Of a DNA stretch of 64,000 bases, positions 17,916-27,414 are shown piece by piece; position 1 is the first letter of the stretch, and every line of letters starts with the position of its first letter. The position numbers and the translations under genes are program-made. The notes below the pieces were generated by a model. The model made no database searches. It was not told the DNA's origin and saw only the letters and a list, made by a program, of their open reading frames with translations. Source of the DNA: Micavibrio sp. UBA6145 (GTDB taxonomy: Bacteria; Pseudomonadota; Alphaproteobacteria; Micavibrionales; UBA1664); the NCBI GenBank assembly GCA_002423205.1, contig DIUZ01000024.1:199891-263890 (forward strand), written 5' to 3'.

Positions 17916-18764
17916 TCACGCGACAGCGGCGGCAGCGGCGGCTTCCTTGCGCAGGGCTTCGTCGACATTGCGGGCGATACGCTCAACATCCGTGGCGGCT
18001 TCCGAATTGGGCGAACGGATCAGAAGCGGCGTCTGGTGGCGGATGCAGTCCTTGACCTTGGGGTCATGGCGGATCATGCCGGCCAGCGGCGGCGACAGGC
18101 GCAGGAAGTTTTCACATGCTTTCAGAAGGGTCTTGTACGTTTTTTCGCCTTCCAGCGTGTTTGCCGCCTGGTTGATGACGATGCTGACGTTTTTCGACAT
18201 GCCGGCAGCCGAACCCAGTTTGATGAATGCGTAAGCATCCGTAAGCGAAGTCGGTTCGTCCGTCGTGACAAGCAGGGATTTGGTGGCCGATGCCGACATC
18301 ATGCGCACGGTGCGGTCGACGCCCGCGCCGAGGTCGACGACAACGGCGTCGTATTCGTGGGACAGGTCGATCAACTGATCGCGCAGCATGATCAGGCGCT
18401 GCGTCGGCAGGGCCGAGAGCGATGCCTGGCCGGAGCGGCCCGCGATAATGTCAAAACCGCCTTCTTCGTAACGCTGGACAACCTTGTCGAGCGACAGGCG
18501 TCCGCGAATGACGTCGTTCAGGTCGCGCTTGGGCATCAGGCCCAGTTGCACGTCCACGTTGGCGAGGCCCAGATCACCGTCAAACAGCAGAACCCTTTTG
18601 CCCTGACGCGCAAGCGCCGTGGTCAGCGAGATGGAGAACCATGTCTTGCCGACGCCGCCCTTGCCGGATGCGACGGCCAGGATGTTGTGACCGCGCGGGA
18701 AACCACCGCCGGTAACGGCATCGTTGCTGATGGGTTGGACAAGCGTGTTTGTAACCTCGGTCAT
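17916..18764 (-). CDS. flhG: MinD/ParA-type ATPase FlhG (FleN)
   Basis: Deviant Walker A SGKGGVGKT, then DGDLGLANVDV. Located immediately downstream of flhF. Confidence 0.85.
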   Translation of the reverse strand: MTEVTNTLVQPISNDAVTGGGFPRGHNILAVASGKGGVGKTWFSISLTTALARQGKRVLLFDGDLGLANVDVQLGLMPKRDLNDVIRGRLSLDKVVQRYEEGGFDIIAGRSGQASLSALPTQRLIMLRDQLIDLSHEYDAVVVDLGAGVDRTVRMMSASATKSLLVTTDEPTSLTDAYAFIKLGSAAGMSKNVSIVINQAANTLEGEKTYKTLLKACENFLRLSPPLAGMIRHDPKVKDCIRHQTPLLIRSPNSEAATDVERIARNVDEALRKEAAAAAAVA

Positions 18765-18767
18765 GGT

Positions 18768-19892
18768 TTATCCTGTTTGACGCAAGTTGCGGGGTGAAGC
18801 GGCACTTTCTGTACCGGTGGTGGGTCTGCCGCCTTTGGATGACGACAAGAGAAGCGTGGAAAGCGATTGCGCGGTCAGCGTGACGACACCGTTGGCGACC
18901 ATCGGCGTGTTGGACGCATCGCAAAATGCAAGGCCCGCGCGACCGGCCGCGGACAGCAGACCGCCAAGGCGGCGCGCAACATCAAGGCGGGTCGGGAAAA
19001 TACGTTGTACGCCAAGCACGGCGAAACAGCGCGCGACTTCGGCGGATTCTTCGGCGTCACCGCCTGCGGCCATGACCAGCACGGGTTCAATCGCACCGGC
19101 TTCAAGCAACTGGCTCTGGCGGCGCATGTCGTCGACGTCGAACGGGTTGGTGCCGCCGGTGTCGACCAGGATGAGATCGGCGCTGCGGGAATCTTCAAGA
19201 CGTGCGCGCAGTTCGGTGCCCGTGCGCGCCTTGAGCAGCGGGATGTTCAAAAGTTTGGTGAAGGCTTCGAGTTGCTCGACGCCGCCTGCGCGCTGCGTAT
19301 CCGTCGTGATGACGGCGGCGGTGTGTCCGGCCATGGCGGCGCGTGCGGCCAGTTTTGCGGTGGCCAGTGTCTTACCGGCGCCGGGTGCGCCGATCATCAT
19401 CAATGCCTTGGCCTTGTTCTTGATCGGCAGCGGCGCGAAACGGAAGGCGTGATCCATCGCCATTTTCATCGCGCTTTGTGCGTCGGTCATGCCCATCATG
19501 GTCGCGGTAGAAAGGATAATATCGCTGATATCACCCGGCACGCCGTGACGGAGCAGCGTATCGGTCAGCATTTCGTTGATGGCGTCTTCGGCGTCTTCTT
19601 CCGCGTCGTATTGCAGATAGTCTTCCGGCACGATGGCTTTGGGGCGCACGCGCACCTGTGCCACGCGGTCGGCTTGCGCCTGCGGTGCGGGTTCGGGCAT
19701 GCGGGTTTTCGTGCGCGGGGCGATTTCGAAATTCGGCATTTCATCCATGCGTTCGACGGCGGCGGTAACGCGCACAGAGCGCCCGCCGTTTTCTTCACGT
19801 GTCGCAACGATAATGGCATCGTCGCCCAACTGTTCGCGTACCATCTGCATCGCTTCAGTCATTGTCTTTGCATAAAAGGACTTTAGCCGCAT
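18768..19892 (-). CDS. flhF: Flagellar biosynthesis SRP-type GTPase FlhF
   Basis: G1 GAPGAGKT and G3 DTGG, with an NG-domain pattern. 374 aa. Confidence 0.85.
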   Translation of the reverse strand: MRLKSFYAKTMTEAMQMVREQLGDDAIIVATREENGGRSVRVTAAVERMDEMPNFEIAPRTKTRMPEPAPQAQADRVAQVRVRPKAIVPEDYLQYDAEEDAEDAINEMLTDTLLRHGVPGDISDIILSTATMMGMTDAQSAMKMAMDHAFRFAPLPIKNKAKALMMIGAPGAGKTLATAKLAARAAMAGHTAAVITTDTQRAGGVEQLEAFTKLLNIPLLKARTGTELRARLEDSRSADLILVDTGGTNPFDVDDMRRQSQLLEAGAIEPVLVMAAGGDAEESAEVARCFAVLGVQRIFPTRLDVARRLGGLLSAAGRAGLAFCDASNTPMVANGVVTLTAQSLSTLLLSSSKGGRPTTGTESAASPRNLRQTG

Positions 19893-20106
19893 GGGATCGC
19901 AGCCCGTGTTCGAATCATCTTCATAATTGTCACGCTCGATTCGAGAAAAGTCCAGCGTTTCAAGGACTTCCGTGCTGCTATCAACATCGCCAAGTCTTCA
20001 CCTCTAAAAGTAAACAAAGCGTTAACGCCCTGTTTTTGCCCATAATTCTCGAGACGGGCTCTTTACATAGATAGGGGATTGTTGCGGCGTGGCAACAGCA
20101 AAAGAC

Positions 20107-20697
20107 TTAAGTGTTGTGCCAGCCGGGGGCGGCGTAACGGCCCGACAGGGGCAAGACATTCAGGCCGGTGTTTTCCATGACCTGCGCCAAAGCCGTCTGG
20201 CAATTATGACGGCCACGGCCCCAGCCGAAACGGTCATAGGGCAGGTTTTGCAGATCAATTTCGGCTGCCTGTGCACGCAGGTTTGTCCATAGATCGTTAA
20301 TCTGACTTTGTGCACCACAAATCAGCACCTGACGTTCAGTGGCGCGCGAATACTGCGTGGCGCAGCTATGAAAGGTGCTGTGTATTGTCGGGTAGTAACG
20401 GTGCAAGGGCGTGTGCTGCACGCAAGTACGGACGAGTTTGTCGATGCCGGTAAGGCCTGTGATAGCTGTAGATAATTCAAACAAACGGTTCAGGCGCGTG
20501 CGTGCTTTTTTCTCGACCGTGCTGCGCGTGCGATCATAAGGGCCGAGATGGATTTCGCCAGCAACGTTACCGTCTTCATCAATCAGCGCCAGAAATGGGT
20601 GGGATAAAGGCCGCTTGAACAGCGCGTAATCGAGATGGCGCGCCAGTTTGACCGGTCGCTCGCATAATTCGATATGCCATATCGGTGTATAAGCCAT
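20107..20697 (-). CDS. Hypothetical protein (196 aa), 42 bp downstream of flhA
   Basis: Clean ATG-started ORF with no signal peptide. The only pattern seen is His50 (GEIHLGPY) and Cys166 (RHNCQTAL). Confidence 0.5.
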   Translation of the reverse strand: MAYTPIWHIELCERPVKLARHLDYALFKRPLSHPFLALIDEDGNVAGEIHLGPYDRTRSTVEKKARTRLNRLFELSTAITGLTGIDKLVRTCVQHTPLHRYYPTIHSTFHSCATQYSRATERQVLICGAQSQINDLWTNLRAQAAEIDLQNLPYDRFGWGRGRHNCQTALAQVMENTGLNVLPLSGRYAAPGWHNT

Positions 20698-20739
20698 TTG
20701 TTTTTATGGCAAATCGAGATCGTCAGGTCAAGTTTTGCG

Positions 20740-22836
20740 TCAAACCTGGCCCACGGTCTTGATGCGGACCTTGGGGTGGACTTCGTTCTGGCTCATCACA
20801 ATGGTGGACGGGCGGAAACGTTCGATGACCGAGCGGACATAGGGGCGGATACCCGGCGATGTAAGCAGCACCGGGGCTTCGCCGCGGCTCTGGAAATCTT
20901 CGTAGATGTCGCGCACGCGGGCGATGAATTGCTGCAGGTTGCTGGGTGCCATGACCAGCTGGCGTTCTTCGCCTTCGCCCATCAGCGCTTCGCTGAAGGC
21001 CTGTTCCCAATCAGGCGACAGGGTGATGAGGGGCAGCATGCCGTGGATGTTCATGTTGGCCGTGCAGATCTGGCGCGACAGGCGCGAGCGCACATGTTCG
21101 GAAATCAGCGCCACTGACTTGGTGTACAGGCTGGCTTCGGAAATACCTTCGAGAATGGTCGGCAGATCGCGGATGGATACACGTTCGGAGAGCAGGTTCT
21201 GTAGCACGCGCTGCAGGCCCGAGAGCGAGATCTGCGACGGGATAACGTCGGCGACCAGTTTCTGGAACGGCTTGCCCATTTCGTCGAGCAGTTTCTGCGT
21301 CTCGGTATAGGACAGAAGATCGGCCATGTTGTCTTTGACGATTTCCGTCAAATGCGTGGTGACGACGGTGCTGGAATCCACGACGGTGTAGCCGCGGAAG
21401 TTTGCTTCTTCGCGGTATTGTTCATCAATCCACATGGCGGGCAGGCCGAAGGTCGGTTCCATCGTGGCTTCGCCGGGCAGGGTGATGGGTTCGCCCGACG
21501 GGTCCATGCACAGAAGCATGCCGGGGCGCACGGTGCCGCGGCCGGCTTCGATTTCCTTGATGCGCACGACGTAGTCGGATGCGGTGAGCTGCAAATTATC
21601 CTGAATGCGCACGGACGGCAGGACGAAGCCCATTTCTTCTGCCAACTGGCGGCGCAGGCCCTTGATCTGGTCGGTCAGTTTGTGACCTTCCGCGTTGACG
21701 AGGGTGAGCAGGCCGTAACCCAGTTCGAGGCGGATGATATCCATGGCCAGCGATTTGCTGATCGGTTCTTCCACTGGCTTGGCCTTGGCGGTTTCCTGCG
21801 CGGCGATCTGGACACGCTGGTTTGCAAGCTCGCGGCTTTTTTTGTTCAGGAAATACGACAGGGTACCCATGGCAGCAGCCAGTACGGCAAAGGGCAGGAA
21901 GGGCAGGCCCGGTATGATCGCCATCATGCCCATTGTGCCGGATGTCAGCGCCAGACCCTTGGGATATTGTGAGAATTGTTTGAACAGTGCCTTGTCGGCA
22001 GAACCGGCAACGCCACCCTTGGACACCAGCAGACCGGCGGCGATGGATACGAGCAGCGCGGGAATTTGTGTGACAAGACCGTCACCCACGGTCAGGAAGG
22101 TGTAGTTGTGGGTGGCGTCGCCCATGGACAGATCGTACTGGACCGTGCCGATGATGATGCCGCCGATGATGTTGACGAAGGTGATGATCAGGCCGGCAAT
22201 GGCGTCGCCGCGCACGAATTTCGCGGCACCGTCCATGGCACCGTAGAAGTTCGATTCCTGTTCCAGTTCGGTGCGGCGGGTGCGGGCCTGGTCCTCGGTG
22301 ATAAGGCCTGCGGACATATCGGAGTCGATCGCCATCTGTTTGCCGGGCATGGCGTCCAAACTGAAACGTGCGGCGACTTCGGCGATACGGCCCGAACCCT
22401 TGGTGATAACCACGAAGTTGATGATGATCAGGATCGCGAAGACAATGATACCGATCACGAAATTGTCGCCCATAATGAACGATCCGAAGGCCTTAATAAC
22501 GTGACCGGCAGCATCAGTGCCGGTATTGCCTTCACCCAGAATGATGCGTGTGGTGGCCACGTTTAGAGAAAGCCGCAACATTGTCGCAATGAGCAGCGTG
22601 GTCGGGAATGTCGTGAAATCCAGCGGGCGTTCAATGAACAGCACCGTCATCAGGATCAGGACGGAGAAGGTGATGGATAATGCCAGCGCAATATCCAGCA
22701 GCCATGTCGGAAACGGAAAGATCAGGCCGGAGATGATGCACAGGATGGCAAGCGCGAACAGAATGTCACCGCGGGCCAGCGTTGAACGCAGGCTTGCGAA
22801 ATCCATTCCCGGTGTAGATGCGGCTGGCTCAGCCAT
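20740..22836 (-). CDS. flhA: Flagellar export apparatus protein FlhA
   Basis: 698 aa. N-terminal polytopic FHIPEP region (GDGLVTQIPALLVS) and a large cytoplasmic C-domain. Confidence 0.97.
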   Translation of the reverse strand: MAEPAASTPGMDFASLRSTLARGDILFALAILCIISGLIFPFPTWLLDIALALSITFSVLILMTVLFIERPLDFTTFPTTLLIATMLRLSLNVATTRIILGEGNTGTDAAGHVIKAFGSFIMGDNFVIGIIVFAILIIINFVVITKGSGRIAEVAARFSLDAMPGKQMAIDSDMSAGLITEDQARTRRTELEQESNFYGAMDGAAKFVRGDAIAGLIITFVNIIGGIIIGTVQYDLSMGDATHNYTFLTVGDGLVTQIPALLVSIAAGLLVSKGGVAGSADKALFKQFSQYPKGLALTSGTMGMMAIIPGLPFLPFAVLAAAMGTLSYFLNKKSRELANQRVQIAAQETAKAKPVEEPISKSLAMDIIRLELGYGLLTLVNAEGHKLTDQIKGLRRQLAEEMGFVLPSVRIQDNLQLTASDYVVRIKEIEAGRGTVRPGMLLCMDPSGEPITLPGEATMEPTFGLPAMWIDEQYREEANFRGYTVVDSSTVVTTHLTEIVKDNMADLLSYTETQKLLDEMGKPFQKLVADVIPSQISLSGLQRVLQNLLSERVSIRDLPTILEGISEASLYTKSVALISEHVRSRLSRQICTANMNIHGMLPLITLSPDWEQAFSEALMGEGEERQLVMAPSNLQQFIARVRDIYEDFQSRGEAPVLLTSPGIRPYVRSVIERFRPSTIVMSQNEVHPKVRIKTVGQV

Positions 22837-23017
22837 AGATGAAAAAACCCCAATTCCGAACGGCTTAGTATATCAGGAATCGCACGAGCCTTCACCCCTC
22901 AAAGTGATTATGGGAAGGGTGTTTTTTTGAGGCTCTTTCACGGGCGTGGCAGCGCCGGTCCTGAGACCGGTGGGCCGACCTCATCCTTGAAGTTTCTGTC
23001 AAAAATGACGGATTGTT

Positions 23018-24322
23018 TTACTCCGTCGGCACGGGAATACCGGCGTCGCCGTATTCCTTTAGCTTGTTGCGCAGGGTGCGGATGGAAATGCCAAGGATTT
23101 TTGCCGCGTGCGTGCGGTTACCCAAAGTGTGATCCAGTGTATCGAGGATCAGGCGGCGTTCGACATCGGCCAGGCTCTGGCCCGCGCCGGCGGCGACCTT
23201 GGACGATGCAGGGGCGGTTGAGGGTTCATCCGATGTGTGGATCGCGTCGGCTTCGATCTCGTCTTCCATCGCGATCAGCACGGCGCGGTGCATGGCGTTT
23301 TCCAGTTCGCGCACGTTGCCGCGCCAGACGGAATTCTGGATTTTGTCGATGGCGGCCCTGGAGAGTTTCTTTTTGGCTACGCCGTTGACGTCGGCATATT
23401 TGTCGGCAAAAAACTGCGCCATTTGCGGCAGGTCGCCCTTGCGCTCGCGCAGGCCCGGCAGGGCGATGTTGACGACGTTGAGGCGGAAATACAGATCTTC
23501 GCGGAACTGGCCGGCCTTGACGGCGTCCAGCATGTGACGGTTGGACGTGGCGATAATGCGTACATTGATTTTAACAGGTTCCTTGCCGCCGATACGGTCG
23601 ATGACGCGTTCCTGAATGGCGCGCAGCAATTTGGCCTGCAGGCTCGGGTGCATTTCCGTGACTTCATCGAGCAGTAATGTGCCGTTGGTGGCTTCCTCAA
23701 ACTTGCCGATGCGCCGCGCGACGGCACCGGTGAAGGCACCCTTTTCGTGGCCGAACAATTCTGATTCCAGTAGGTTTTCAGGAATAGCGGCGCAGTTGAG
23801 CGCGATGAACGGACCGTTTGCACGCTTCGATTTTTTGTGGATGTAGCGCGACATCACCTCTTTGCCGGTACCGGATTCACCGGTGATCAGGATGGTGGCC
23901 TCAGACGGGGCGACCTGGTCGGCCATCTTCACGACCTTTTGCATCGCGGGGTCGGTCGCGATCATGGATGATGATTCTTCCGTGACCGCTTCGATCACGG
24001 CGGCGATCAGGTCGGCATCGGGCGGGAGCGGCACGTATTCTTTCGCGCCCGCTTTGATGGCTTTTACGGCGGCGGTGGAATCCGAGCCCACGCCGCAGGC
24101 GACGACGGGAATTGCAAAGCGTTCTTTCTCAAGATCTTCGATGAATTTGGCGATGTTCTGTTTAACATCGATCATGACCAGATCGGCACCCTTGCCATTG
24201 CGCAATGCGCCCATGGCCTGCAGCGTGTCCTCACAGTGAACGACCTTGGCCCCGCGCTGGAGGGCGATTTTGCCCGCCGCACTGATATGGCCTTCGAGGT
24301 GACCCACGATCATCAAACGCAT
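23018..24322 (-). CDS. flbD: Sigma-54-dependent transcriptional activator FlbD
   Basis: Receiver-like N-terminus (MRLMIVGHLEGHIS...GADLVMIDV), Walker A GESGTGKEV, GAFTGA loop and a Fis-type HTH (AAKILGISIRTLRNKLKEY). Confidence 0.85.
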   Translation of the reverse strand: MRLMIVGHLEGHISAAGKIALQRGAKVVHCEDTLQAMGALRNGKGADLVMIDVKQNIAKFIEDLEKERFAIPVVACGVGSDSTAAVKAIKAGAKEYVPLPPDADLIAAVIEAVTEESSSMIATDPAMQKVVKMADQVAPSEATILITGESGTGKEVMSRYIHKKSKRANGPFIALNCAAIPENLLESELFGHEKGAFTGAVARRIGKFEEATNGTLLLDEVTEMHPSLQAKLLRAIQERVIDRIGGKEPVKINVRIIATSNRHMLDAVKAGQFREDLYFRLNVVNIALPGLRERKGDLPQMAQFFADKYADVNGVAKKKLSRAAIDKIQNSVWRGNVRELENAMHRAVLIAMEDEIEADAIHTSDEPSTAPASSKVAAGAGQSLADVERRLILDTLDHTLGNRTHAAKILGISIRTLRNKLKEYGDAGIPVPTE

Positions 24323-24429
24323 TTGAAACCCTTATGTTATTTGAAGTCGAGTGTAACGGCTTCGCCGCCGGAGGCAACCCCATACAAGGTATTGTTTCCA
24401 GTGTGTTTTTTGAAGGGGGTTTGCGGTGC

Positions 24430-25293
24430 TTACTGCGAGAAATAACGCACGCGTTCGCCGGGCGGCAGGATCATGTTGAGTTCATGTTCCAGTTTGCGCG
24501 GGTGGTCCTGGCGGGCCATGGAAACGATGGCGGTCAGGATCATGTCCTTGATCATCACGTCTTCAGTGGCGTTGCGTTCCAGCTTGGCGGCCAGCGGCAT
24601 CAGCACGACGGTCGAGAGTACGGCGCCGTAAAACGTGGTGAGCAGGGCGATGGCCATGGAGGGGCCAATTTTTGACGGGTCCTGAAGATTGTTCAGCATC
24701 TGCACAAGACCGACCAGCGTACCGATCAGACCCATGGAGGGGGACACTTCGGCCGCGCGGCGCGCGATGGACGCGGTGCGGCGGTGGCGTTCGATAACGG
24801 ATTCTATGTCCTGGGTGAGGATGCGTTTGATTTCGTCGGCGGTGTAACCATCGGCGATGAACATGACGCCCTGGTACAGGAACGAGTCCTTGCGCAGTTC
24901 GCTCTCAACCTGTGACAGGGCAAGGGGCCCGCGCATACGCACCAGTGTGGCAAGGTCCAGCAGCTGGCGGGCCATGTTGGACGGACGGCGCACATATTTG
25001 ATCAGCGCGGATTTAAAGATATCGAGCGATTTTTTTAAGTCGTCTGACGAGAACGAAATGGCGGTGATCGTAAATGTACCGAAAATAACCATCAGCACGG
25101 CGGCCGGATCGTAATAGGCAACCAGGTTGCCCGATATGCCAAGTGCCGCGCCAATAAGGGCGATGGTCAGGAACAGGCCGAAACCGGTCGCGGTATCAAA
25201 ACGTTTGCGCGGGCGCGCAATGCGAATGGCATTGACGCTGGGGCCGCTGCTTCCGGTGACCGGTGCGGGCTGTGGGGTGGTATCGTCAGCCAT
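24430..25293 (-). CDS. motA: Flagellar stator protein MotA (MotA/TolQ/ExbB family)
   Basis: 287 aa with four TM segments. C-terminal ALLTTFYGAVLSTVVLMPLAAKLE motif. Confidence 0.85.
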   Translation of the reverse strand: MADDTTPQPAPVTGSSGPSVNAIRIARPRKRFDTATGFGLFLTIALIGAALGISGNLVAYYDPAAVLMVIFGTFTITAISFSSDDLKKSLDIFKSALIKYVRRPSNMARQLLDLATLVRMRGPLALSQVESELRKDSFLYQGVMFIADGYTADEIKRILTQDIESVIERHRRTASIARRAAEVSPSMGLIGTLVGLVQMLNNLQDPSKIGPSMAIALLTTFYGAVLSTVVLMPLAAKLERNATEDVMIKDMILTAIVSMARQDHPRKLEHELNMILPPGERVRYFSQ

Positions 25294-25308
25294 TGTAAGG
25301 TTTATTCC

Positions 25309-25641
25309 TTATGCGCGATCAGACTTGATGATCTCGGTCATCGTGATGCCAAGCTTGTCTTCAACGACGACCACTTCTCCGCGCGCAACAAGGCGGTTGT
25401 TAACATAGATGTCGATGGCTTCACCGACCTTGCGGTCGAGTTCGACGACGGCGCCGCGGCCGAGTTTGAGCAACTGGCTGACCTGCATGGTCGAACGGCC
25501 GAGCACGGCGGAAATCTGGACCGGGATGTCGTAAATCGCCTCGACATCCTTGGCCATCGGTTCGCCGGCCTCATGTTCAAAGGTTTCCTCCCCGGAATTC
25601 GGGTCGGTCATTTCCTGAAGGTTCATTTCGTTGTCGGCCAT
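25309..25641 (-). CDS. fliN: Flagellar motor switch protein FliN
   Basis: SpoA-type C-terminus IPVQISAVLGRSTMQVSQLLKLGRGAVVELDRKVGEAIDIYVNNRLVARGEVVVV. Confidence 0.9.
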   Translation of the reverse strand: MADNEMNLQEMTDPNSGEETFEHEAGEPMAKDVEAIYDIPVQISAVLGRSTMQVSQLLKLGRGAVVELDRKVGEAIDIYVNNRLVARGEVVVVEDKLGITMTEIIKSDRA

Positions 25642-25644
25642 GTC

Positions 25645-26385
25645 TTAGCTCCCTTGTGGAGTGTCGGTAGTATGCGGTGTTTGGTCAGAGGCGTCCATAA
25701 CCTCCAGTGTATCATCAATTTCGGGCGTTACGGGCGGGTTGGCCGCGCCGCGCAGGTGTTCGGGCAAATGCGCGGTGATGGCGTCCAGCATGCGGGTGGC
25801 CACGGTCTGCGGGTCCCAGTCGGCACCGCCGCCGGTCCATTCGATCTTGCACTGCATTTCATGCAGGGATGGATCGCCCTGGACGATCCACGGCGTTTTC
25901 CGGCGCATGGTTGCCGCCATCGCCTCAAGACGTTCGGTGACCGGGATCACGCGCATCGGATGTACATAGATGGACAGGGTCTGCGCCTTGACCTGTTCTT
26001 CGTAAATCCTGGTCACAAAGGATGCGATTTCAGAGACGGCCACGCGTTCCAGCAGAACAGGTAAAACCTTGTTCAGTGCCTGCACGGTGATGAGGGCGGC
26101 CTGATCGATGAAGGTGGCCATGCGGTCGGATTCATCGGCGGCCAGACGTTCGGTCGCCATGACGATCTGCTGGCTTAAGTCCCGGATCTGGGCTTCCTGC
26201 GAACCGATGGCTTCCTGTAACCCGGCGACGCGGCCTTCGGTGAAACCGGTCTGGCGCGATGCTTCCATCTCTTCCTGCGAGAAGGTGGGCTTGCGCGCGG
26301 CCTGTGCCTTTGCGCGCAGGGCGTCCTCGCCGAAATCGTTGAGATCGAACATGAACTTCTTGGCCGGGTGCACGGGTGCGTCCAT
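25645..26385 (-). CDS. fliH: Flagellar assembly protein FliH (FlbE-type)
   Basis: Sits between fliG and fliN as in the Caulobacter fliF operon. ATG at 26385 overlaps the fliG stop by 1 nt (TGATG). Charged coiled N-terminal half. Confidence 0.6.
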   Translation of the reverse strand: MDAPVHPAKKFMFDLNDFGEDALRAKAQAARKPTFSQEEMEASRQTGFTEGRVAGLQEAIGSQEAQIRDLSQQIVMATERLAADESDRMATFIDQAALITVQALNKVLPVLLERVAVSEIASFVTRIYEEQVKAQTLSIYVHPMRVIPVTERLEAMAATMRRKTPWIVQGDPSLHEMQCKIEWTGGGADWDPQTVATRMLDAITAHLPEHLRGAANPPVTPEIDDTLEVMDASDQTPHTTDTPQGS

Positions 26386-27407
26386 CAATAGATAATCTGG
26401 TCCTCTTCCTTGCCGGTTGAAACACGAATTTCACCGCGGGATTCCAGATCCTTGGTCACGGATACGACGTAGTTCTGTGCTTCTTCCACGTCTTTCAGGC
26501 GGACAGGTCCCAGCGATCCCATGTCTTCGCGCAGGATTTTGGCGGCGCGTTCGGACATGTTGGAAAAGAACAGGTCGCGCAGGGTTTCTGTCGCGCCTTT
26601 GAGCGCGAGCGGCAGCTTGTCCTTGTCGATGGCGCGGATAAGCGCCTGGATCGATTGCGGGTCGAGCTTGGCCAGATCCTCGAAGGTGAACATGAGGGAG
26701 CGGATTTTTTCGGCAGCCGAGGGTTCGGACTCCTCGAGGCCGGTCATGAAGCGCGATTCTACCTGGCGGTCGAGATTGTTGAAAATCTCGGCCATCATTT
26801 CGTGGCTGTCGCGGCGCTGGCCACGGGCCAGGTTCGACATGAATTCGGTGCGCAGGGTTTTTTCAACGTCTTCCAGCACTTCTTTCTGGACGCTTTCCAT
26901 GCGCAGCATGCGGTGGATGACTTCCATCGCGAAACCCTGCGGCAGAAGGGCCATGACGCGCGCGGCGTGGTCGGGCTGAATTTTCGACATGACGACGGCG
27001 ACGGTCTGCGGGTATTCCTTGACCAGAAAGTTGGCGAGGACTTCCTCGTTCACGTTGCCGAGTTTTTCCCACATGGTGCGGCCGGCGGGGCCGCGGATTT
27101 CTTCCATGATCGCGCCGACTTTTTCCTTGTTCAGGACCTTGGCGAGCAGGCGTTCGGTGGAATCCAGCGTACCGACAAGCGAGCCGGTGGACGACATCTG
27201 TTCGGCGAAATCAACGAACAGGCGTTCAATGACAGTGCTTGAGACTTTGCCGAGTGCGGCCATGGTGGTCGAGATTTCCATGATCTCGTCTTCGTCCATG
27301 AATTCGAACAGTTTGGCGGTATGTTCCTCGCCCAGGGACAGCAGGAAGATCGCGGCTTTTTCTTTGCCGGTCAGGGTACGGTAATCTTCGCGTATACGCA
27401 TGGCCAT
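26385..27407 (-). CDS. fliG: Flagellar motor switch protein FliG
   Basis: 340 aa. [16 protein letters not shown]-terminus and MFTFEDL motif in the C-domain. Confidence 0.95.
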   Translation of the reverse strand: MAMRIREDYRTLTGKEKAAIFLLSLGEEHTAKLFEFMDEDEIMEISTTMAALGKVSSTVIERLFVDFAEQMSSTGSLVGTLDSTERLLAKVLNKEKVGAIMEEIRGPAGRTMWEKLGNVNEEVLANFLVKEYPQTVAVVMSKIQPDHAARVMALLPQGFAMEVIHRMLRMESVQKEVLEDVEKTLRTEFMSNLARGQRRDSHEMMAEIFNNLDRQVESRFMTGLEESEPSAAEKIRSLMFTFEDLAKLDPQSIQALIRAIDKDKLPLALKGATETLRDLFFSNMSERAAKILREDMGSLGPVRLKDVEEAQNYVVSVTKDLESRGEIRVSTGKEEDQIIY

Positions 27408-27414
27408 CGTTACA

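Noticed and set aside
18036-19886. Long plus-strand ORFs (253 aa, 339 aa, 221 aa) across flhG/flhF
   Set aside because: They are antisense to genes with unambiguous Walker/GTPase motifs. They are high-GC shadow frames.
20080-20097. Hairpin TGTTGC-ggcgtg-GCAACA after the 196-aa ORF as a terminator
   Set aside because: It has only a 6-bp stem and no U-run on either strand. I cannot support a terminator call.
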